The notes beneath the pieces were generated by a model that saw only the letters and a program-made list of their open reading frames with translations, was not told where the DNA came from and made no database searches. DNA of 64,000 nucleotides from Basidiobolus meristosporus CBS 931.73 (taxonomy: Eukaryota > Fungi > Basidiobolomycota), in assembly GCA_002104905.1 (NCBI GenBank), contig MCFE01000234.1, positions 1 through 64,000 of the forward strand, written 5' to 3'. Below are positions 12,745-25,379 of the stretch, piece by piece. Numbering within the stretch: position 1 is the first letter of the stretch; the number at the start of each line of letters is the position of its first letter. A program made the translations under genes and the position numbers.

Positions 12745-14017
12745 CTAGGCTGCCAACCTAAGGATTTCCACCACCTGAGACGTATCTTTGAGCGGGATTG
12801 GGTTGGTGATAGCCCATGGATCATCCAACGTTTTTTGCGCAATCTCTTCAAAGCGGTTCTCTGATACGCCAACCTCCTCGAGCGACCTGGGGAGACCTAG
12901 CTGACTGATAATCGCAGCCAATATCTCGCCAGCAGACCCGTCCTGTGACACCTGCTGCTCTTCAAGCACTTTGGTCACCTGAGGCATGGCGAGGAGGACA
13001 CTGCGCACTATTTTCTGTCGTTCCTGGTTCTTTTTCAGATTGTAACGCATCACAGCCGGAAGCATGATACAACTTGTATAGCCATGGGGGACGTTGCATG
13101 CTCCGCCGAGAACGTGACCAATGGCATGGGAGGCGCCCAGGTCAACCTCCTTCATCACGGATGCTCGGGTGGCTTCCAGCACTCCAAGCTGGCTTTGTAA
13201 TCTTGCTGCGATGTTTAGTCGATCACTTTTGGTTATCAGAAGAGACTCCACCAATTTTTTCAGCCCACTCGCCGCAAGTTCGTCGGACTCCGGGTTGGAG
13301 ACGAGAGAAGCGATTGTCTCGACGCAGTGATCCAATGCTCTTAGTCCAGTCGAAAGCCACAGCCAATCGGGTGTGTGCAAGGTGATCACCGGATCGAGAA
13401 TGACCAATTTGGGAATGCAGAGTGGGTGACGAAATAGTCTCTTCGCACCAATGCGCGAATCCGTCCCTCCTGACCCGGAGTTGTACTCTCCTCCCGAGAG
13501 CGAGGTTGGGATGCAGATCAGTGGGAGGCTTGGAGCTTCCATGGTGTCAATGGAGCCTTTTCCAAAGACCAGTTCGCCAAGTTGATCAAGGGTCTTTGTG
13601 TTGTTAGCTAGAGCCAACAGGACTATCTTGGATGCGTCGGTGATCGAGCCGCCGCCTAAGGAGACCAATAGATCCGCCCTTGCAAAATCGGTCACTGCAC
13701 TGAAGCCACATACATCGCTATGAACACACTTACTTGGTGTCTCGAAGCTCACTTGCCAAATCGAGGATCTCTTCCCAAGGAGTGTGCGGCCGGATCCCGA
13801 CATGCTTCCCAGCAAGCCTCTTGCCGAGCGCCTTCTCCAGCCTGGTAATCAGATCCGTATCACGGTTCAAGGTACCCGACACCACAAGAAAGACTCGCTG
13901 GGCGGATAATTGATCGCACTCTGAGATGACTGCGTCAATGTACGGCTTTCCCCATATCACGCGTTCTGCTCTGGTTGGAGACTGACGCGCTTCACCTGCA
14001 GACGTGTTGTTCGACAT
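12745..14017 (-). CDS. Iron-containing alcohol dehydrogenase, maleylacetate-reductase-like (405 aa); exons 14017..13734 and 13678..12745
   Basis: Motifs GGGSITD, IPTSLSGGE, LDP, HCVE, GASHAIGHVLG and HGYTSC. A 55-nt GTAAGT..GCAAG intron (13733-13679) joins the two track ORFs in frame (...LRDTK|ADLLVSLGGGS). Confidence 0.9.
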
Positions 14018-17000
14018 TGTACTAATCCTGGGGCAAAACGGCCCTCTGCCTCGAAATATATCTGGAGTCTGGGTGATGGATGACGTTAGAGGGAGATGGC
14101 AACACGTCCGGGTTCGGCCTTGTGCCCATGGAGAATTGTCATTCAATTAGTCAGCATCGTGCATCATTGCATTTATTCCATTACGTGGAACTTGGGTGTC
14201 CAATAAGGTGGTAGGGGCGATGTTGGTGAGGCTTGTATAATATGAGTTGTTGGGTTTAAGCTAATTTACATTCGATTGAGTATGTACAGTCACGTGATGA
14301 GGAGGGGAGGCCGAGTATGGAGATGGGCTCGATGGGTTTGATGGGTACTGCCCATGATCATATTGTGCGCAAGCTTGCAGGCCAATCGTCTCGTTGTAGT
14401 GAGCCGTTGCTTCTTGATATGATGGAGGCGGAATGGGGATTGACGTCTCATCAACACATGATGGTGGGTTGACCTCGGGCAGGGTAGCGGGATGGGTGGT
14501 GGCGGGGGCAGCCTCCTGATTCTCTAAACAAGTTTATTTAATAAATCGTTCGTGGAAATGCACAGTTAGATGCATGAACTTACTTCGTCTCATTCCTATG
14601 CACACCTTGACGAAGGCACACACTGCAAGGATCACGGCCAACGCCAAGTATACCAATACCATTGTGTGTACGGAGCAATTTACTGCCTAGTAGTCTTAAG
14701 GATGGGTTGAAGATGGAGGGTTGGGTTTGAGGGTCGTGAATAAAGCAATTTGGCTATTGGATTCGTTTATAAACTCTATTCGTGGGCCCTACACTTCTAA
14801 TATGGGAATCTCAGTCATGGAATTCGTTGGAACCACTTGGCAATAGGGCTGAGCGAATTGGAATAGGCGCATGGGTTTTGCGGAGATCTGACACTCGCTG
14901 ATCTTTGGACACAGTTGATTGGCGGCCAGAGGAATCCTGGCTGGAATGGGTATCGGCACTTGCACTGCATCAATCTGGGGAATCTATGGAACTCCCCGCC
15001 ATGCCTCCGCTATTCTCCAACAACCATTACTGTGGGCGTTGAGACTCATCTCCCTGAGCTGCTCTTATGCGGCAACAGGCAGCTAATGCGGAGGACGTGC
15101 CCATGTGATTCCGGAGTACTCGCATCTTTTCAACCGAACCGGATTTGCAGGGTGCTACAATTCGAATGGGGTGCCTGCTTACCACCAAATATAGTAATTG
15201 TTCTTGGCAGCGACTTGGGATTTCTCATCCCACTAGGCGATCCAACTGAGGGCAGAGGTTAGGCTATGGAGATCATCGAAATCACGAGTATTTCCTAAAG
15301 GCCATCAACTCTGGTACCAATTTGCCTGATAGTCGCTACGACAATTAATAAAAAGGTAAACTCCCTTGGAAGCCCTAGCACCAAAGTTGTTTCTGCCAGT
15401 ATGTGTGCTTCACGCTATGGCGTTATCTTTGCCACCACTGGCAGTACGAGTTTTCGACTTTCGGCATCCCGACTTCCAGATCTACTGGGGAAACTGGCGG
15501 CACATACATTTGATAGACGTTGCAATCACTTTAGAGATTTGCAGAGGTTCATTCCGAGAGCCAAACAAACCGTTCAAAGTAAGGGAGCCGGTCGACATCT
15601 CAAGCTTTTCACATACCGCTGAAATCCACTAGGGCACCTCTGTCACCTATCCTGTTGAATATTGCGTTCTAGAAAAGGCGAGTGCCAAACAAAACTCCAG
15701 GTGGTTGAAGTGCATCACGGCTGTTCTCTCACCAGCAAGAGCTGTACAAATCTCAAAACAAACACTTGCTTTCCTGGGTTACCTTCACATGATATGTGAC
15801 TTCACCGGCCAATAGATTAACAGAATGCAGATACACATGCTTTTCCATCCGTGACGCACGGCCAACCGTTGGAAACGGTGTGCTCGTGCTTGAAGACGAT
15901 GCAACATCTGCAACGAGATTATTATTGTTTGTGCAGGGGATTTCCATTAATCTATTCATTTGGGAAAATACGAAGTCAACGTCACGTATGCGCTGAATAA
16001 TATGGAGAGCTTGCTTGGGATCAGATGATGCTCTTACGTACATCACCCTCGGTAAGTAGACCGGTTTCTTGACCTTCAAGTAGCAAGAATACCTGCCACA
16101 CATCTGATGCAAGCAACCGGTTTTACGGAGAAAACACTCCGGTGGATGCGAGCCATGACATAGAAATTACTTCAGCATCCGCTGTATCTCATCTGTGGGC
16201 CTGGACTTGCCACATCCTCGCAAGGTATCTCCAACCTGGGGGAGGAGAACCTTGCCCTCTTGGGATGGTCCTTGGTGATGCCGGCAATGGATGCAATCAC
16301 TGGTCCATTTTCAAGCCAACCGAGACCCATCATATAGCCTTTATCATAAATATCACCCAAAATAGAATTGTTCACCAACAATCGGATCTCAATTTTTCTT
16401 CACCAATTGTGCCATTCCCTCTGCTCCGATTAAACAAGTAAAGGCTAGTTACCAACCGGTGATCGACTGCCAAATGGGATCCAATGAATCAGGTTCCCGA
16501 CCATTTGCGAATGGGAAATTTCTCAAAGTTGGCAATCAGCCAATGCTCCTGACCAGTAGCCTAGCTTGTTGATTGCAGGGCTGTGCCAGGTAGGTACCAT
16601 GGTCCGCGTGGAGCAGCACTGGCAAACCCACCACGGCGGGATCCTTCCTCGAGGAGAATGATCGTCAAGCACGGGAGATGAAATCCATGACAACCGCACC
16701 ACTCACAAGAACCCACCTTGCCGTTGACTTTCATATGGGATGGAGCACCCAAGGATCCGACATCTGATAGGTGGGGGCTTCGCCTTACAAAATAGTAAAC
16801 AATGAATGTCACACAAGGCCGCGTTACACACGTGACCCAGTTTCGGCCTGATGCTCGATGGAACGAAGGGCACAGAAGGTTGTGTAGGGCGCAAAATGTT
16901 TAATTCAAGGTTAGAAGGAACAGACCGTCCAGGTTTGAACCCGTTTATTGGTGGGATAATTTACATGGTCCATCTAAGGTTTAAGTAGATAGACGCGGTA

Positions 17001-17031
17001 TTTTACAATCTATGTTCAAGCGGAGAGACCC

Positions 17032-17499
17032 TCAAGAGCGCAGCCTATTGATGAGGGAGACTCTCCTTGCGCTGGGGGGCGTTCGACTCTTCGAGGAGAT
17101 TTTTATGCGCTGTTTCGTATTGATCGCGGGCTGCATCGAGGCCGAGAAGACGGAGGGCCTCGGCGAGGAGCGGACAATCAAATCCTCCATCAGGGAGACC
17201 CGGGTCCCGCTGTGGGAGAAGGTCTTCCTTCTCTTGGAGGAGGTCGAGGTGATTCGATGGTCTAGTGCGTAGCAACAGGAGAACGATTCGTCTTTGTTGA
17301 CCTCTTTGGAGACGGGGTAATGCGCCGAGTATTCGATGGAGAGAAACGAAAACAGTTGGATTTTTTTGCAAAGCAAGTCACCCAGCGGTTGGCCCAACTC
17401 AGCGCGGTGGCCTCGCTTCTTGCCTCCCAAGTCGTCTTGTTCGATCTCGCTGGCTGTGGTGGCAGTCAAATGATTTTCTAAGGGAAACGAAGAGGTCAT
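17032..17499 (-). CDS. Intronless orphan protein, 155 aa, Ser/Arg/Lys-rich C-terminal half
   Basis: Sub-ORF of track ORF 17032..17700 starting at the ATG after CAACAACAACATC. GC3-rich codons like the neighbouring genes and a TATAAAAG ~40 bp upstream. No recognised domain. Confidence 0.5.
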   Translation of the reverse strand: MTSSFPLENHLTATTASEIEQDDLGGKKRGHRAELGQPLGDLLCKKIQLFSFLSIEYSAHYPVSKEVNKDESFSCCYALDHRITSTSSKRRKTFSHSGTRVSLMEDLIVRSSPRPSVFSASMQPAINTKQRIKISSKSRTPPSARRVSLINRLRS

Positions 17500-17537
17500 G
17501 ATGTTGTTGTTGCAAATCCCGTGTACTGAGCCACTTG

Positions 17538-17545
17538 CTTTTATA
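17538..17545 (-). promoter_or_regulatory. Candidate TATA box (TATAAAAG)
   Basis: Consensus TATA ~40 nt upstream of the ATG at 17499. Confidence 0.4.
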
Positions 17546-20164
17546 CGGCCACCGCAAAACCCAGTCTGGCGCAAATGATTGCGGGCCCCTTGCTTTAGAA
17601 TCATCCATCCAGAGCTGGATCCATGGCCATTATCCCACCCCCATTGGTCATACTGCCCAGTGCGATCCTGTGTGAAGTGGTACCCACTCACCTCGAACAA
17701 AAATCCCCACCCCTCCCTTAGCCGTAGACCCTGAACCCTGACGACGCTCCAACTAAATCAGGAACAAATGACTGAGGACTTTGTTTATCGAACAGGGCGT
17801 TGTTGCAGTAGGGCTACGGATGCCCCAACATCGCTTTGTTGACAGGTAGATAAGCGTTCGAAACCTCCAAGCTGATCCCAGCCTGATCAGTGGGTGCGGA
17901 TTCGGAGAATTCCGTCGTGGCATATTTGGCAATGATGGATTTTTTAATCAACGCAACCTCGTTCAGCCATGATGATCGCAAGCTCTCATTCCCTGGCGGC
18001 AACCAGTTCACCACCGCTCTGGAGAAGCTTAAGTTACAAGTGCAGCCTTGGTTAGTGTGTCGGCGAGCTCCCCGGTAGGACGTCGGTGTGAATGTCGTCT
18101 GGATTACGGAGCCAGATACTTAGCGATGGCTCGTTCAATTGGCGAGTCTAGTCTGCTCGGGTAATCGTTTAGACACCCCCTCTGGCGTAATCGGTGGCGG
18201 TCCATATGGCAGCGCGGTGCACATTTTGGACCTTCATCGCAAAAGTGGGCACAAGGCGAGGGATTCGGGGTTGGCCAATCGGGGGCGCCATCTAGAATTC
18301 CCTCTTAATGGTTGGTGTTGGTATAAGAATTAAGGCCACCTTAAAGTTTAGTGGGGATGGAGCCGGCTGATTGGTGTGCCCACGGGCTACGGAGCCACGC
18401 TTTCCATGCTCAACGTGACGATGTGGTGCAAGGGTGACATGTATGGTTGCCTGCTTTCTATATCCGTTCCCACTCTAACCAGCGTGCCAGTTGACTATTT
18501 ACACCGACTGATATCATTTACCGCGACAGGGTGATTGCTTTTCTGCGAAGTGTTGCACATCCCCGATGGGTGAGCGCTGACGACTCCCAGAGGCCGTTGA
18601 ACTTGTTTGCTCGTGGTAGTGGTGCGAGTACCAATCCGTTGTGACCATCATAGGGCATACCAAAGTAGTTCATTCGTGTACTGGGCCGGCATCTATCGGT
18701 CGCCATTGGGCATCCGCCCTCGCTACCAACCTCACGGAAACCAGGATCCATGGATCTTCTTGGAGCCCTTGGGCTTTATGCAGGTTGACTGACACTAAAC
18801 CCTTGAGAGGGTGGGTTCAGATGGCTCTTCCTCAAATAGTACGTCGTACAATTCTCCGACCTCAAATCACGGATGCCTCGTCAGGCCACAAGGTGATGGA
18901 GGGACGGTTGGTGCTGTGATGACTAGCTGTGTAATGGAATCTATCTGTGAGCTCCAGAGATGGCCAGACCCTGTTTGCGTGCATCTGACATGTGCTAGTA
19001 GAGTGCACATATGCCTTCGGTGTTGTTGCTGCATGTCGGATGCGAAGTCAAGGGGGATGGCTTATGTGAATCCGGTCTCGTACATGTAAGCCTATGTCCC
19101 AATCGCTAGTCGGGCATTCCATCGCGATCCTGGTAAGACCTCCAGGATGAAGAACGGTCAGATTGACCATCTCTTGCGTTTCCAGATTAGCGGTACTCCC
19201 TTTCGTAGGGTGCTAGGAACATGGATGCTTCCCTGACAAAGTATGGCCCAACTTGGCAGGGTCCAGATATGCTCATGCCCAATTCCGTTTTGCGCCTCAT
19301 CCGCAGTTGGCGGTTCCTTTCCGGGGTGTTATGGCCCATCGCTTTGGGTTTAATACCAACGAATTGCTGCTATGCCGTATCGGTATCTGCTGCCGTTGCC
19401 GTTGCCGTTGCCATCACCATCACCATAAACCCAACCATATCCAGAGCAACGGCTTATCAGGAATGACGGTCATTCGATTATGTCTAACCGGAGATCGCCT
19501 GTCCTGGCGATGTCCCTGTCACAGTCCTGGGGCTAGCCAGAAAGGCTACAACTCTAACTTCGCTTATTCACTTCTATACATGCTGGCCAGCTTCCACCCC
19601 ACCCCGTGGGAAAATTACGGGCAGATCTCACTTCCCTGACCAACCAACACATGCGCATGTTCATGTTGTGGGCGACAGCCGATGACAAATACTTGCCAGC
19701 AGATGGAACCCATCTCGCCGTCATCCCAACCCAGCTCTCATGAGTCGAGGTTGCTCCTCCTGACTGACACATTCCACTGGTGAGTGATGTGTAGACACCA
19801 ACTTTGGAACACTGATAAGATTGGCTGTATTTGGCAACTAATCCGATTTCGAGAATGATAGTAAAAAAAAGGAGTGAGTGATGCTAGCAGTAGAGATAGT
19901 AGACAGGGTGGGGCTGAGACAAAGACTGGACAGATAGGGGTGAATATACCGAAGAGAAATCCGTGGGAAGGGAAAGGTGGTGGTGGTGGTGGTGATGGTG
20001 GTAGTGGCTAGAAACATGGAACATAGACGCGAAAGACAAATGTGTAAAAATACTACAAGAGGGATTTCCTAAGCTACAGAATATATATGGGGCAACGAAT
20101 GGATCGATGAGGAGGGTGTAGGGTGTAGGGTGTATGTTGATATATGTATGAAGGTCGTCTGAAA

Positions 20165-21407
20165 CTACGCCCAAATCTGCTCAAGGGAAACAGGTTAGTA
20201 TTCGTCGGGGTCAGTGAGCTCTACGCTAAGCTTTACCTTGAGCAGGCTGTCCCAGCTACCGGTGCACAATGCCATTCCATCCGCAGACACCCCGAGGCAA
20301 CTAACCCGGTTTTCATGGGCGGCCAACACGCCCACCCTGTCGCCTCTCATGGTGTCCCACACATTACAATTGAAGTCGTCGTACCCGGCGAACAGGAGTC
20401 TCCCGGACACCGAGAAGGCCACCGAGGTGATCCCACACAGAATGTTGTCGTGGGCATACTGATTCAACTCACGGTCCGCCCTCAGGTCGAATAATCTGCA
20501 CGTGGTGTCGTCCGAGCCGGTACCAAAGGCGTCGCCGTTCGGGAAGAACTGGACCGCGTTGATGTCGGATTCGTGTCCGGTGAAGGTTTGCACACATTTG
20601 CCGGTACGTATGTCCCATACTTTGGCGGTGGCGTCACAAGCGCCCGACACGAAGATGTTCTTATCCGGGGCTAGAGAAAGACTTGAACCAAACATGAGCC
20701 TCGAGAATCGAATCCCCCCCCGCTCACCGGCGGTTACCGTAACGCAAGAATCGCTTACCTCATAACATCCCCGGTATGGTCGGCGAAGTCCATTAACTTC
20801 ACGCCAGCATCGATATCCCATAGCATGCAGGTCATGTCCCCGGAACTGGTCAGTATCTGCCGATCGCTAAGGAAACGGCAGCAAGACAGGTAGCCCGTAT
20901 GTGCGCTGAGCTCTCTGGCCACCTTAACGGAGCCTTCCTTGGTCTTCAGGTTGTATATGGAGCAGATGTTATCTAGACCGCCACACGCGACAAAATTCCC
21001 CGACGGTGCGTATGCGCAGGTCATCACCCAGGAGGAGCGCAGGGGGATGGCGTGAACTTTGTTGGTAGTGTAGGCGTCCCAGACGATCAGCTTGCCGTCT
21101 TGCGAGGCGGAGACTAAGTGACGCTCGTCGTTGGCCCACTGCATGGCATAAATCTTAGCCAGGTGACCTTTCAGGGTGCGGCGAACCTTCATGACGATCC
21201 TAGGAAGGGGCTCCAGCTCGGCGGCAACATTTTTCACTGGGTTCAGGTGAGGGTGAGAGGTTAGGTTGGCTCTACATATGCCAGGTGGGGTAGTGGAGGT
21301 CACTTACGCGAGGTGTCGGCCAGATTGTCCTTTTTCTGCCTAATCTTCTCCTTCAGTTGATCCGCCTCTCTTCTCGCGATGGCTATTCTCTCTGCTATGT
21401 CGCTCAT
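20165..21407 (-). CDS. gpb1: Heterotrimeric G-protein beta subunit (WD40, 344 aa); exons 21407..21308, 21236..20759, 20681..20237, 20176..20165
   Basis: N-terminal coiled coil [26 protein letters not shown], followed by [38 protein letters not shown] and SWDSLLKIWA*. Three GT-AG introns of 71, 77 and 60 nt (the last has TACTAAC) restore the frame; total 1035 nt. Confidence 0.97.
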
Positions 21408-22013
21408 ACTGATAATACCAGGCTGGACTTTGAAAGGCTGAAGCGAAGGCTAAACAAGCAGGGGTGAATGGGCGGCGCTGGGCTTGGTTAGGAGTAGGTG
21501 GGGAGGGCGAGCCAAGGTGATCAATAAGTTAAGTAAGGGGGAATTTAGTGTGGAATGTCAACTCAGCCAGGAAGGTGCGTCAGCTTAAGGGGGAGGGGAG
21601 CGAGTCGACTTTGAGGTCAAAAGCGCAGATACACGTGAACGAAGGCGAGGGAAACGAGAAAGGTGGTGAGATATTGGGGAGGGACTGAAGAGAAACCAAC
21701 TAAGGGAAGCTCGACCGAACGAATGGCTCCAACAAGAGGGAAAAGATGAGGCTAGTCCGGGATGAAAAAATGGAAAGTTATTGGGGGATGCCACAAAAAA
21801 GGGTAACCAAATTGGAGCGGTTTGTTTGACATGTACAATGGATCTGGCCAATCTATTAGAATCCATTCCGAAATTCATGATCTATCGTTTCTAAAACTAC
21901 GCTGCGTTTAAGGGACATGGGGTTCGCTCGCAGTTTGAGCAATGCACAAATCTCAATGTAGGACAGCCCATGTGCCACCACCAATGGTGCGGGCTGAGAT
22001 GATCGCTGAGGGC

Positions 22014-22396
22014 TTAATCCACGTATCTGCCTAGTGGAACGATGAGAAATCTGTCTAGCCCCTCGCTTCCATCTCGCCCATTATACTCATCTAAACGGGT
22101 CGCTGCTGATTCCATGTCGGCCATGTATGCAATCGCACACCCACTGCGGGAGATGCATGTGCGTTGCCACCTGAAACGACGACCAGGCCAACGACTTTTG
22201 GATGCAAGTGGCCAGGCCGGTGTTACCAATGCCCGGCCCAAACGATGACCGGGATTTCTTTACACGGTTTCGGAGCCGCTTGGGCTTGGACTTGGGCTTG
22301 CGCCTGCGCGTCTTCCATGCCTGACACACAGGGGCAGATAAAGAGCAGCATCGCCACCAGCCCAATGATCCTCCAGGTGCTGGGTGTTGATTGCAT
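22014..22396 (-). CDS. Candidate small secreted/membrane-anchored protein (108 aa); exons 22396..22227 and 22170..22014
   Basis: Hydrophobic N-terminus (RIIGLVAMLLFICPCVSG) and an AQ repeat. A 56-nt GTAAC..TTTCAG intron joins in frame to WQRTCISRSGCAIAYMADMESAATRLDEY. No clear branch point. Confidence 0.35.
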
Positions 22397-22824
22397 GGCC
22401 GGCTTCTCCGTGCGGATGAAACTCCACAACCTACATGGGCCTTTGCCTTTGCAGGGCTAACTGGCAGGTGGATTGAGGCTTGCCCCTCACCTCCGGTTTC
22501 AAATTGATCCATGTCCAAGCGCCATCGATTCAGTGACTCACCGTTCCACAACCATCAAACCCAATGGCTGTCGCCGTCTCAGAAAGTTGGAGAGTGAGAC
22601 CACTTGATTCCAACTCTCCTCCATCGTCACCCTCCAGGGGCCAGTTTCTTGGACTCCATGCTGGGTGGCACAATGATATGGGGGTAGGCTGGGTGGAGAT
22701 GCTCGAATGGTGTGAAACTTGGATTTATTTATCAGTTTGGCAGGGTGGATGCTGGTGATGGTGATGGTGTTACAAATAGAGAATGCAAATGAGATTCCGT
22801 CGTTGGTTCCTGCGCCAGCCCCGT

Positions 22825-23403
22825 TTAGAGCTTGGCAGAGGGAGAAGCAGCGCGGTATCCAGGGACATAGGTCTTGTAATCCCCCTCGATATCGACAATA
22901 TTGCAGTCATGGTCGGGGACCTTGTTCTCCCACACAATGCAGCCGAAATCGGTCAGCTCCTCAAGAGCAACCATGGGGTGGTGCCAGATGCCGGCCCCGT
23001 AGTTCACTCCCTGGTTGCGGGCGAAGATGAATGCCTTCATGGTAGAGAGGTCTGGTCTGTCATCCTTGCCGTTCAAGGCAACAATGACGAGGTAGCCCTT
23101 GGAAGGACGGTCGGTGGCCATTGGGATGAAGCATTGGGAGGAGTAAGGGTGGCGTTCAAGAAGCTTGATGGGGAAGGGGATTTGGGTGGCGGGCTTGCAT
23201 CTGAACACGCACAAGTTGGGATTGGCCTTGGGGACACCGGATTGCTCAGTCTCACGGTTGTTGGTGCAAGTGGCAACGTGGTTATAGCGTTGAGCAGTTC
23301 CTTGATTAGCGCTGATGAATGCACCGTCGTGCGCACACACAACATCACCATACGCGGCGAAGTTTTCGCGAGTGGCGGGGACGGCAGTAAGATATTGGGT
23401 CAT
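22825..23403 (-). CDS. DAL3: Ureidoglycolate lyase (allantoin catabolism), 192 aa, intronless
   Basis: Motifs ANQGTA, LLERHPYSSQCFIP and QGVNYGAGIWHHP. The first ATG is at 23403; the track ORF starts at an upstream TTG. Confidence 0.92.
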   Translation of the reverse strand: MTQYLTAVPATRENFAAYGDVVCAHDGAFISANQGTAQRYNHVATCTNNRETEQSGVPKANPNLCVFRCKPATQIPFPIKLLERHPYSSQCFIPMATDRPSKGYLVIVALNGKDDRPDLSTMKAFIFARNQGVNYGAGIWHHPMVALEELTDFGCIVWENKVPDHDCNIVDIEGDYKTYVPGYRAASPSAKL

Positions 23404-25379
23404 ACTGAGTGGAGTTGGAAGGCGGGGGGTCAAGACAGTGTCGTATTAAGGCACAATGGCCATCACTACCCATCCATTGGCGCTTTATATCGGATGGAGG
23501 GTCACACTAACAAATCAAGATTCGGATGAAATGATTTCTCTGCTACACAATTGGCGTCCCTCTCCACATCGTTCTGACCCACCAGCCATGATGCCACTGA
23601 TTTACGCGGCTCTGATGATCTGTAGCCTATTCCCATTCGGCCACTGCTAGGTCAGGGATTTTGGGGTAGATGGATGGCCATCAGGATATGATAATCTCTG
23701 ATCTCTTCATTTCCATCATCACAATCGTACACCCGCATGGTATTCGCTCACTATTATGGACTCACGATGTGGCCAGGGGAATACTTTCCATCAGCTCCCT
23801 GATTATTGGCCAATCCTCAGAGATGGTCGCAATCGGATGGGGCCACCACCACCGTCTCATGGCGAATCATGACCTTGCTTGGCTGGATGAAGAGGCCATG
23901 CTGGATCCCCTACGGTCGCCGTCCTCCGCTCCAGTATCTTTGGTACCTCAAGTATTTGATATCCGTAACCCAAAGGAACTTGACGGATCATCCGGGTAGA
24001 CTCACTTCCTTCAGGAATAGGTGTGAGCGAAGGCGCTATTCCTAGTACGTCTTGACCATACATATGTATAGAGGTGTCTCTGTACATCATGAATGCCAAT
24101 CCAAATAACGCAGTTGGAACGGCAGTGCTGACCATTTAGAAAATTCCCCTTTCTCGTTAGAAGCCACTCTGCTGTTACAATGTTGGGCGGTTTGCCACCA
24201 CTCCTGTACAACAAACGAACTGTGTGCGGGTGGATTCAAGATAATCTTGAAGCCTCCATCTAGCTTTTCTAGTTGAGGATATCCCTATGGAAAATTTCAA
24301 ATCTGGGTCTCATAAAATAATCTGCTGGCATGTTGCTGGTATTTTTCAATCAGTTTTTGGATGTTCATCACTCCAGAATCAGTGACCCGGCTGACATTGT
24401 ATTTGGCACAAAGGTGACTTTGGACCAAGTTCATCTGGGAAATGCGTTTACCTGTCCTCAAGGTGGCTGGAATTTCTGATGTACTAGTTGTGATTTCAAG
24501 GAAACTGTAATTCCTACTGGCATTCTGCATGCCTTTTTTCCTTCTTTTCATAGTGTGTAGATGCCTGATTGCCAACAACAAGTGGTCAAAGCTGCAAAGG
24601 ATATTTACAAGGTTTGAAAGATATCTGCTAGCCATGTTCCTGTTGCATAATTCCAGAGTACCAAGAAAATGATTTGAATAACAAAAAGAATTGCAGGATA
24701 TTTACTTGATTTATTCAGCTCAAATAGAGTACATATGTACTGAGGAGAGCTTTGTGAGATTAGAATTGGAATGCTCTCAAAAAACCTGGAAGCTTTGTGG
24801 GATATTTGGGGGCTTTCCAACAAGGTTGAGAATACTGGTAATATATAGGCTTTCACCTTACTAAGAATTTTCCTACTTTCACTATACCCAATGTCAGGTG
24901 ATGCCCTATGAAAAAATTAAGAAAAGGCTAGCAGAGTACCATCATAATATCCACTAAGCTCCAAGTTTCCCTAAACTGTCAACTCTCAATATTTCAGGTA
25001 CTAGCAATTGGTCAGAGAAGCAGACATATTTTCCAGGAGGAGACTAAGCCAGCTAAAATTCATACCAAGCTTAGTCATCAGCTGAAGTAGTATACAGCTG
25101 GAAGTTGCAACTGAAAATTCCAAGGAAAAATACTAGCTGAGTACTGTTGTAGACACCATAACTCCATCAAGATATTCACTCAACTTGATCACATTGATCA
25201 TTACCTACTAATCTTTGAGAATTCTGGTCAAATTCCTTGTTGGGGCTTGAAATATTTTAGCCACATCATTAGATAGCCAGAACATGAAAATACTGAAACT
25301 TGTCCAAACTGCCTAAGCTTTGCACACATGTTCTTGGGACCTTCCCAGCATTCTCTTTGCATTTAGGATATTAATATGG

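Noticed and set aside
17705-17760. tRNA-like motif (TTAGTTGGAGCG on the minus strand)
   Set aside because: No cloverleaf, T-loop GTTCRA or acceptor stem could be formed. No tRNA or rRNA gene was recognised anywhere in the window.
19221-20010. Short ORFs with His/Ala-Val runs and a (TGG)n tract
   Set aside because: Explained by microsatellites in or near the G-beta 3' region.
20144-20765. Plus-strand ORFs over the G-beta gene
   Set aside because: Antisense to a well-supported conserved CDS.
12745-23403. Fe-ADH, G-beta and DAL3 as a functional gene cluster
   Set aside because: The pathways are unrelated; this is ordinary co-location in a gene island between TE blocks.
22783-23529. 248-aa plus-strand ORF overlapping DAL3
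   Set aside because: Antisense open frame caused by codon bias of the real gene; no domain.
23650-24230. Possible gene fragment truncated by the TE block
   Set aside because: Short ORFs only; no recognisable domain or consistent splice model.
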